A program made the translations under genes and the position numbers. A stretch of DNA of 52,541 nucleotides from a virus (taxonomy: Duplodnaviria; Caudoviricetes), in the IMG/VR virus record IMGVR_UViG_3300049793_000050, positions 1 to 52,541 of that record; one strand, written 5' to 3'. Below the pieces are notes generated by a model, which was not told the origin of the DNA, ran no database searches, and saw only the letters and a program-made list of their open reading frames with translations. This document shows, piece after piece, positions 46,176-52,541 of the stretch (positions are counted from its first letter, which is position 1; each line of letters opens with the position of its first letter).

Positions 46176-46941
46176 AAAAATCGACGCCTCAACCGAATCA
46201 AAGCCCGATTCATGCGCAACCCATGGTGAATTTGTAAGCACGGCTTTTAAGTTCGGCGAGCGCGTCATGCATTGGTCTGGATGTCCTCAGTGTGGGCGCA
46301 TTCATTCCGAAAAAGCGGCCGCAGACGCGGTGCAGTTGGAGGCAAAAGAGCGGCAAGCGCGCCTTGAGGCAAGACTGAGCAAGTCGGGCATCCCGATCCG
46401 GTATCGCGCCAAAGACTTCGCATCCTATGTTGCCGGTTCAGACAAGCAAGAAAAGGCGCTGTCGATCGCAATGGAATTCGCAAGCAATTTCAAGCACCAC
46501 GTTGAAGCCGGCACGGTCGTTGTGTTCTCCGGCTTACCGGGAACCGGGAAAAGCCACCTTGCCACGGCGATCGCGCAAGAGGTGATGAAGTCGCATACGG
46601 TGCTGTACACCTCGGCAATCGATGCGGTGCGCATGATCCGCGATACCTGGCGCCGCGATTCCCCGCGGACGGAAAGCCAAGTGCTGCAGGAATTATCTGC
46701 CCTCGGCTTGCTGGTTCTGGACGAGGTCGGGGTCCAGTACGGTAGCGAAGCGGAGCAAGTGACCCTATTCGACATCATCGACAAGCGCTACCGGGATCTA
46801 ATGCCAACCATTTTGCTGACGAACTTGAACAAGACCGGCATGAAAACGTTTCTTGGCGATCGCAGTTTTGACCGGCTACGCGAGGGCGGCATCTGGATCA
46901 CATTCGATTGGGATTCGCAACGCGGAAAGGTGGCAGCATGA
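46159..46941 (+). CDS. DnaC/IstB-like helicase loader
   Basis: GLPGTGKSHL, LVLDEVG, TILLTN, DRL. Confidence 0.92.
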   Translation: MDESLKKIDASTESKPDSCATHGEFVSTAFKFGERVMHWSGCPQCGRIHSEKAAADAVQLEAKERQARLEARLSKSGIPIRYRAKDFASYVAGSDKQEKALSIAMEFASNFKHHVEAGTVVVFSGLPGTGKSHLATAIAQEVMKSHTVLYTSAIDAVRMIRDTWRRDSPRTESQVLQELSALGLLVLDEVGVQYGSEAEQVTLFDIIDKRYRDLMPTILLTNLNKTGMKTFLGDRSFDRLREGGIWITFDWDSQRGKVAA

Positions 46942-47101
46942 AATCCAAATCCTACGAAGCCGGCCATCTCGCCTCGTGCGGCCCGCTGAACTTGCCAAAG
47001 ACGCCTGAGCGCAACGAAAAATTGAGCCGCACGGCATTGAAGCGCCGGTCTATCTCCAGGTTGCCGAAGGTGGCGTTGAACTGGATGAAGCGGGAGGCAG
47101 C

Positions 47102-47407
47102 ATGAGCGCCATTTTCCTCAGCGGACCCATGAGCGGAATTGAAAATTTCAACTATCCAGCCTTCAACGCAGCCGCCGCCAAGCTGCGCGCGCAAGGTCAT
47201 TCCGTCCTAAATCCCGCGGAAAATCCGGTCCCGTCCTGCGGCACCTGGGCCGGCTACATGCGCCTATCGATCGCCCAATTGATGCGCTGCGAGATTGTGG
47301 CGGTTCTCGATGGATGGCAGGACTCAAGCGGTGCGGTGGTAGAGGTCGAGCTCGCCATGAAATTGGGGATTCCTGTGCGCGATGTGATGACTATGGAGCC
47401 TGCTTAA
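47102..47407 (+). CDS. DUF4406-like protein
   Basis: IFLSGPMSG..NYPAF..LNPA..GWQDS.GA..E. Confidence 0.85.
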   Translation: MSAIFLSGPMSGIENFNYPAFNAAAAKLRAQGHSVLNPAENPVPSCGTWAGYMRLSIAQLMRCEIVAVLDGWQDSSGAVVEVELAMKLGIPVRDVMTMEPA

Positions 47408-47652
47408 TGGACGCGAAATACATAGTTATCCGCTCCGGCGGCTTCGAACTACTTTTCAACTTCCCGCCGCTAATCCAGCACGCAGCCATGCTCCTGACGC
47501 TGAAGCGCGGGAATGCGGACTACGCCGGCGCCGAAGTCGTCTCAGCCGGATTTATCACGCCAGCCGGAGGGTGCCACGGTCGCAGCATATCGCTTGGCGT
47601 TGAGTCGCGGCCGGAAGCGGATACGAAGCTGCTGCAGCGGGGGTGTGTGTGA
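47407..47652 (+). CDS. Hypothetical protein
   Basis: KYIV, VVSAGF, CHGRSISL..SRP. Confidence 0.7.
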   Translation: MDAKYIVIRSGGFELLFNFPPLIQHAAMLLTLKRGNADYAGAEVVSAGFITPAGGCHGRSISLGVESRPEADTKLLQRGCV

Positions 47653-48374
47653 GCGCGCCTGTGATTATCGGCGATGCCACGCTGTACCTCGGCGATGTTT
47701 CCGAGATATTGCCCGACCTGCAGGCTGACTTGGTAATTGCAGATCCTCCATATGGAATTGGGGAATCTGGACGCAAGAATGCGACGCGCGGCAAGCCATT
47801 TGGCGGAAAACCACAAGGAAAGAACACGCGCGGCACCGCCATCCCGCCGCGCGACTATGGTGCATATGACTGGGATGAGGTGCCGCCAGATGCGGATGAA
47901 CTCGCTATGACAGTCGGGGCCGGTAGAAACTGCATTATATGGGGTGCCAATCATTTCGGCATGCCAGCTGCGTCAAAGTGGCTGGTTTGGGATAAGTTAA
48001 ACAGTGGAGATTTCGCAGACTGCGAGATTGCATGGTCCAATCTACCGGGCGCAATTCGGATCTTCCGCCATATGTGGAATGGAATGTTGCGCGACTCAGA
48101 GCGCGAGACGCCGCGCGTCCATCCTACGCAGAAACCAATTGCCTTGATGGGCTGGTGTTTAGATCAAGCCCCGGCCGCGAAGGTAATCGGAGAGCCTTGG
48201 ATGGGTTCCGCTCCTGCGGGCTGTGCCGCACTTGCTCGAGGCCTGAAGTGGTGGGGCATCGAAAAGAGCGAGCGAAACTTCGACATCGCCTGCCAGCGGA
48301 TTGAGTCCGCTTACGCACAGGGCAAGCTATTCGCGCCCGAACCCATGAAACAGACGCAGGAGACATTCCTATGA
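47649..48374 (+). CDS. DNA methyltransferase (N6A/N4C, beta class)
   Basis: DPPY, HPTQKP, PWMGS. Confidence 0.88.
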   Translation: MSAPVIIGDATLYLGDVSEILPDLQADLVIADPPYGIGESGRKNATRGKPFGGKPQGKNTRGTAIPPRDYGAYDWDEVPPDADELAMTVGAGRNCIIWGANHFGMPAASKWLVWDKLNSGDFADCEIAWSNLPGAIRIFRHMWNGMLRDSERETPRVHPTQKPIALMGWCLDQAPAAKVIGEPWMGSAPAGCAALARGLKWWGIEKSERNFDIACQRIESAYAQGKLFAPEPMKQTQETFL

Positions 48375-48483
48375 ACCCCGCAATCACCATCATCCTAGAG
48401 CTCATCGCCTGCGCCCTGTTCGCCACATTCGGCTTCTGGCTATTGGCTGAGATTTGCGAGGCCGTTGAATTCATGTCTGGAGG

Positions 48484-48792
48484 ATGGAAATGAAAATTAA
48501 CTTAAACGATGTTGTACGAGTGAAGCTTACCGATCATGGGCGTGCGGTACTCGCAACAGACCATGCTGGATTCTGGTCGGGGCGCGGGTTTTCTTATCCG
48601 TACCTACAGCCCAAGGAGGACGCTGACGGCTGGAGCAAATGGCAACTATGGTCGCTGATGAAGGCATTCGGGCCGCATATTGGCATGGGCCTTGACAACT
48701 GTTTCGATTTAACGATTCAGACTATTGATAAAGAACTCCCTGCGCAGTCGTCTTTAGACCCCATGAAGAGCGTTCGGGATATATGCAGATGA
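48484..48792 (+). CDS. Hypothetical phage protein
   Basis: NLNDVVRVKLT..QLW.LM..FG. Confidence 0.7.
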   Translation: MEMKINLNDVVRVKLTDHGRAVLATDHAGFWSGRGFSYPYLQPKEDADGWSKWQLWSLMKAFGPHIGMGLDNCFDLTIQTIDKELPAQSSLDPMKSVRDICR

Positions 48793-48816
48793 CCAACAAC
48801 CGAAAGGAGAAATAAC

Positions 48817-49002
48817 ATGTTTGCATGGCTGCGAAAACTAAGAAATCGCGGAGCGGTAAAAGAGCCGAAGGTCGTCGCGCACGAGCCGCCGAAGCCTGCC
48901 CCGGTTCGTTATGAAGAGTACCTGATGCGGAAAGCGAGACAGCAAGCGAGAATCCGGCGCGCTCAGGATGATTTCAACAAATCGGGCTACGGCAATGGCT
49001 GA
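48817..49002 (+). CDS. Small basic protein
   Basis: AAGGAG SD. Confidence 0.55.
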   Translation: MFAWLRKLRNRGAVKEPKVVAHEPPKPAPVRYEEYLMRKARQQARIRRAQDDFNKSGYGNG

Positions 49003-49510
49003 CAAGTTCGACTTGCTCGAGCTGCACTTGGTCGGCGGCAGGTTGCGCCCAGAACGGAGCTACGCCTGTCCGAGCAGCCCAGGCGCGAACTACTATGGCG
49101 ACCCATCACGAATCGCCTTCAACATGAAAAAACGACAAGGGGAAGACATGGATAGGCCGAGCGATCGCGAAAAGGCGGATCAGTTGTTGATCGAGTGGTT
49201 CCGATGGTCGGCAATCTACCGGCCAAATCTCGGTGTGCCCCGTGTGGCGCCGTACTGTCAACAGTCCACCACGTCGAAGCAATACGACGACCCGGGCGAC
49301 TTGATGTATGACCGCGTGTACCAGACCGAAATGAAGGCAGTTGATTTTTGTATAGATGCGATCGCCGTACCTATGCAACAGGCAATTGGCACTGAAATGC
49401 GGAATCGGCAGGTTAAGGCGCGCGTGTGGCGCGACCCGGGAAACAAGTCATTCTCGGCGGCGCTGGATGCCGTGATCGTGGTCATGCGCAAGCGCGGGCT
49501 GTTCGATTGA
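48995..49510 (+). CDS. Putative late-gene antiterminator (Q-like)
   Basis: DQLLIEWFRW; last delayed-early gene, followed by promoter and terminator; start may be 49148. Confidence 0.55.
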   Translation: MADKFDLLELHLVGGRLRPERSYACPSSPGANYYGDPSRIAFNMKKRQGEDMDRPSDREKADQLLIEWFRWSAIYRPNLGVPRVAPYCQQSTTSKQYDDPGDLMYDRVYQTEMKAVDFCIDAIAVPMQQAIGTEMRNRQVKARVWRDPGNKSFSAALDAVIVVMRKRGLFD

Positions 49511-49516
49511 AAATAT

Positions 49517-49610
49517 TTGACATCCACGGCAATATATTCCACACTACGCGCGTGGTGGGAGAGTTGCCACCAAAAATTGCCAGTTACCTTCGCGGGTCGC
49601 TGGCTTTTTG
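49517..49610 (+). promoter_or_regulatory. Late promoter and leader terminator (pR'/tR'-like)
   Basis: TTGACA-N17-CACACT, then GCCAG..CTGGC-TTTTT. Confidence 0.55.
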
Positions 49611-49624
49611 CATTGGAGCCCGCC

Positions 49625-49795
49625 ATGACCGACGATCTGAAGCGCCAGCTAGGCATCGGACAGAGCAGCATGGCGCGGCGCCTGAAGGATTACGCCGATC
49701 CATTCGAGCCTGAACAGCCGAAGCCAACTCCTGATCTAGAGACAGACGCCGATGCTTGGGCGAAAAGCGTCAAGGACTTGCTGGGGCAGCCATGA
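49625..49795 (+). CDS. Small hypothetical protein
   Basis: GGAG SD; ATGA coupling to the next ORF. Confidence 0.55.
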   Translation: MTDDLKRQLGIGQSSMARRLKDYADPFEPEQPKPTPDLETDADAWAKSVKDLLGQP

Positions 49796-49992
49796 CGCAG
49801 ACCGAGCATGCCATCGGCAACCTGGCGGATATCTTCGCCAAGCATGGAAAGCTACCGTTCTCGACTTGCGTGCGCTCGCTAGAGTCACTGGTACGGCTGG
49901 CGATCGCCGATCATGTCGCCGCACCGATTCGGGCTGCGCAGGCTGACATGGATAAGGTAGATCAAATAAGAGTTAATAGCGCCTTGAAGTGA
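49792..49992 (+). CDS. Small helical protein, possible paralog of 51299..51478
   Basis: MTQTEHAIGNLA..VRSLESLVRLAIAD. Confidence 0.6.
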   Translation: MTQTEHAIGNLADIFAKHGKLPFSTCVRSLESLVRLAIADHVAAPIRAAQADMDKVDQIRVNSALK

Positions 49993-50177
49993 GTTGATTC
50001 CTGCGCAACCTAGCGCGAGCCGTTCACAGGTTTAGTGGTGGGGCTACCGTTCGAATCGGTGGCTCGGCGGTGTAGGGATGGAATCAACTCTCTTGAGGGT
50101 GAAAGCCAGCGAACTAAACCAGTGCCGACGATACATCGGCGCCGCAGGTCTGCGGCAATACTGGCAATTACTCGCTG
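49991..50177 (+). ncRNA. Candidate structured non-coding RNA(s)
   Basis: 11-bp closing stem 49991/50090 enclosing a TTCGAAT T-loop arm; nested three-way junction 50107-50177. Confidence 0.5.
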
Positions 50178-50249
50178 CCGCCACGTTATGCCCGATGCGC
50201 CCTGGCGCTATGGATTTGAACCGGGGCTAGTGGCTTCCCCCAACCTTTT

Positions 50250-50325
50250 GCCGATTTAGCTCATCTGGTAGAGCGCCGGTTTTGTAGTCCGGATGTGATG
50301 GGTTCGAGTCCTGTAGTCGGCACCA
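50250..50325 (+). tRNA. tRNA-Thr(UGU)
   Basis: 76-nt cloverleaf GCCGATT..AGTCGGC-ACCA, D arm GCTC/GAGC, anticodon TGT, TTCGAGT loop. Confidence 0.9.
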
Positions 50326-50364
50326 ATTCAAGTGTCTCCCTCCGTCCCGCAAGGATGGATCTTT

Positions 50365-50390
50365 GCCCGCCCTGCGCGGGCTTTTTTATT
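50365..50390 (+). terminator. Terminator after the tRNA
   Basis: GCCCGC-CCTGC-GCGGGC-TTTTTT. Confidence 0.75.
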
Positions 50391-50571
50391 GATGGAGCCG
50401 TTGGAACGCGGCAAACACGGCGTCCGACATGCTGACCGTACCAGACTCGAAATACTGCCACTGGCGCAGGGATAGCCCGACCAGTTGCGCGGCGGCAGAT
50501 TGGGATAGTGCGCCACGCGCCGCGATGATTTGCGCGGGCGTGACGTTCGATTGGCGTTTTTTGTTAGCCAT
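50386..50571 (-). CDS. XRE-family HTH protein
   Basis: TPAQIIAAR..LSQSAAAQLVGLSLRQWQYFESG. Confidence 0.85.
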   Translation of the reverse strand: MANKKRQSNVTPAQIIAARGALSQSAAAQLVGLSLRQWQYFESGTVSMSDAVFAAFQRLHQ

Positions 50572-50573
50572 GA

Positions 50574-50849
50574 TTAATACGCTGCCAACTCGTCGTAGTT
50601 TGCCATGTACCGTTTTCCGTCTGCATCAATGATCTGATGGCTGTAGTCACCGAGCGCGCGTGAAGCCTTGCAAGCTGCAACCTCAGTCTTGTGCGTGGAA
50701 TATCCCTTGCCGCCGTAGTAAGCGGCGCAAACCACTGCATATTTACAGTCTTTGCCGAACTTGATTTCGCGATCGCAAGAATCGCTTGCAAGATCATGGA
50801 TGCTGCCAGTGTTGCTCATTTTTGCAGGGATTGTGTAAGTTGTTGTCAT
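50574..50849 (-). CDS. Hypothetical moron protein
   Basis: AGGAG SD; middle gene of the leftward cassette. Confidence 0.7.
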   Translation of the reverse strand: MTTTYTIPAKMSNTGSIHDLASDSCDREIKFGKDCKYAVVCAAYYGGKGYSTHKTEVAACKASRALGDYSHQIIDADGKRYMANYDELAAY

Positions 50850-50876
50850 GTTGATCTCCTGTTTGGTTGGTCGTTT

Positions 50877-51146
50877 TTATGCGTACTTCGCTTTTTCTGC
50901 GGCTTCGGCGCGGCGCATTGCTTCGTATTCGGCGCGGATCAGGTTAGCAAGTGGAGCGGCGCCAGACCACATTAATGTGTTTCCGCGAGTGCTGAGTCTG
51001 TCGCAAATTTGCGATCCTCCGGCATCACGAACGTACCCGCCAGCCAGAGGGGCAACGAATTCAGATTCGATAACATCGCCAGAAATACCACATTCGTATT
51101 TGATGGTGACGCGGTTCGCTGCGGTTGCTTTGATGACTGTTTTCAT
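50877..51146 (-). CDS. Hypothetical moron protein
   Basis: GGAG SD; GGYVR..QIC..L..RGNTL. Confidence 0.7.
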   Translation of the reverse strand: MKTVIKATAANRVTIKYECGISGDVIESEFVAPLAGGYVRDAGGSQICDRLSTRGNTLMWSGAAPLANLIRAEYEAMRRAEAAEKAKYA

Positions 51147-51183
51147 GATGCTCTCCGGTGTGGTTTGCGCTGCTGATGAATAC

Positions 51184-51212
51184 ATAATATACGCAATTAT
51201 TGCGTAGTGCAA
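51184..51212 (-). promoter_or_regulatory. Sigma70 promoter with palindromic operator as spacer
   Basis: TTGCAC-TACGCAATAATTGCGTA-TATTAT on minus strand. Confidence 0.75.
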
Positions 51213-51298
51213 GGACTATTTTAGTTATCTGAAAGGCGTGCCATGTCCGCATTCGCGATGCTTATGATCTGGTTCGGCATGTTCTTCCCTGCATGGGT

Positions 51299-51478
51299 AT
51301 GAGCCGCACCTCAGACGCCGTGCGCGATTTGGCTGCAGCGATCGAGAACGTGGCGCCAGGCCATCACGCGCTGTATGTCCAGGCACTGGAAGCGGTCGCC
51401 AATGTTGCCCGAGCGGAGCTGGTGTCAGACCTTCAAATCGGCTTTTCGACGTCGGATGAGGTGGAGATTCGGCATTGA
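51299..51478 (+). CDS. Small helical protein
   Basis: Gapless similarity to 49792..49992. Confidence 0.55.
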   Translation: MSRTSDAVRDLAAAIENVAPGHHALYVQALEAVANVARAELVSDLQIGFSTSDEVEIRH

Positions 51479-51499
51479 TGGGTAGTACAGATTGATTCA

Positions 51500-51527
51500 G
51501 GCCCGCCATGTGCGGGCTTCTTTATTT
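51500..51527 (+). terminator. Intrinsic terminator
   Basis: GCCCGC-CATGT-GCGGGC-TTCTTT. Confidence 0.65.
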
Positions 51528-51616
51528 AGGGTTGCCATGATGCTGGTCACAATGCTGATGATCATCTACGGCAGAACACCGCAGCCAGTGTCGCGCAATT
51601 GGCCGTACAAGTAGCC

Positions 51617-51949
51617 ATGAGCAAGCAAGCACCAAGGCTGCATACCCTTAAGCCTCGCCTCCAGGCGGCGAACACCAACCGCCTGACCGTGATGGCACCC
51701 AATCCAACGTCGACGCCGCGCTTACGTGGGCGCGCTGCCGTCGACAGGCGCGCACGTTGGCTAAGTCTGCATCCTCTCTGCGTTGAGTGCGAGAAGGTGG
51801 GCAGGGCGACCGCTGCTGACGTGGTTGACCACGCCATCCCATTGTGGGAGGGCGGCAAGGACGACGAATCGAACTTCCAAAGCCTGTGCCAGACGCCTTG
51901 CCATGACGCAAAGACTTCCGCAGAGGCAACGCGCAGGGCTCGCGGGTAA
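51617..51949 (+). CDS. Packaging-associated HNH (HK97 gp74-like)
   Basis: PLCVEC, VDH..PL..GG, N.QSLC..CH..KT; near the genome end. Confidence 0.88.
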   Translation: MSKQAPRLHTLKPRLQAANTNRLTVMAPNPTSTPRLRGRAAVDRRARWLSLHPLCVECEKVGRATAADVVDHAIPLWEGGKDDESNFQSLCQTPCHDAKTSAEATRRARG

Positions 51950-51967
51950 CAACCACAAAGGAATAGC

Positions 51968-52501
51968 ATGACATGTATCGTTGGCCTAGTTCACGATGGC
52001 AAGGTATTGATCGGCGGTGATAGTGCTGGCGTGAGTGGCTACGATCTCAGGGTAAGGGCAGACCTAAAGGTATGGTCAAAGGATGGCTGGGCTTTTGGCT
52101 TCACATCAAGCTTCCGCATGGGGCAACTGCTTCGTTATTCATTAGCCATTCCGCAGCGCCATCCAGATACCGACCTGATGCAGTTCATGGTGACATCATT
52201 TGTCGATGCTGTGCGCTCCTGCCTCAAGCTAGGTGGTTACGCCAGCCTGAAGGATAGCGTTGAGGAAGGCGGGACATTCCTCATTGGGCATGCTGGCCGG
52301 CTATTCAGTATCGAATCAGACTATCAAGTGAGCGAAGAGTCAAACGGCTTCAGTGCCTGCGGGTGTGGTCATGCATACGCTTGCGGCTCGATGTACTCCA
52401 ACTCACATATGGAGCCAGAAGCAAGAGTGCAGCAGGCTCTCGATGCTGCCGAGGCCATGTGTGCAGGGGTTCGCGGGCCGTTCTCTGTCGTCAGTGCATG
52501 A
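51968..52501 (+). CDS. Ntn-hydrolase, HslV/proteasome-beta-like protein
   Basis: MTCIVG..GGDS, K, GCG..A.G, final VRGPF strand. Confidence 0.7.
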   Translation: MTCIVGLVHDGKVLIGGDSAGVSGYDLRVRADLKVWSKDGWAFGFTSSFRMGQLLRYSLAIPQRHPDTDLMQFMVTSFVDAVRSCLKLGGYASLKDSVEEGGTFLIGHAGRLFSIESDYQVSEESNGFSACGCGHAYACGSMYSNSHMEPEARVQQALDAAEAMCAGVRGPFSVVSA

Positions 52502-52541
52502 CGGGGGCAGGTTGCATCTCTGCAACTTAGTTGCCGGAAAC

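Noticed and set aside
42594-48374. Restriction-modification system
   Set aside because: Both methyltransferases lie in the replication/nin region with no adjacent restriction endonuclease; orphan MTases are common there
50035-50259. 74-aa ORF in the structured region
   Set aside because: No clear SD or motif and it overlaps the tRNA; RNA structure is the better explanation
1-52541. CRISPR array
   Set aside because: No regularly spaced repeat-spacer series seen

Overview
The window appears to be a complete ~52.5 kb temperate, lambdoid-organised siphophage genome with an HK97-type head, probably cut at its cos end. The host is probably a betaproteobacterium (inference). Gene order: terminase, portal, protease, capsid, head completion, tail, GTA-type tail tip, fibres, lysis cassette, attP (3' half of tRNA-Arg-UCU), integrase/excisionase, leftward early genes, immunity region, replication/nin region, Q-like gene, structured non-coding region with tRNA-Thr, packaging HNH. 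The most striking feature is a pair of GIY-YIG nuclease genes flanking attP. One is fused to a copy of this phage's own integrase N-terminal (arm-binding) domain (36/55 identical residues) and the other to a DUF4224 excisionase-like domain, which suggests an intasome-mimicking, att-targeted nuclease system. Other notable items: a SAM-methyltransferase/glycosyltransferase-like fusion in the capsid module; a central tail protein split by a beta-helix insertion; tRNA-like structured RNAs upstream of tRNA-Thr; two paralogous lipoprotein genes; a non-cleavable CI with a candidate SOS-box-controlled antirepressor; and an HslV/proteasome-beta-like gene next to cos. All family assignments come from motif recognition by eye, with no database searches.
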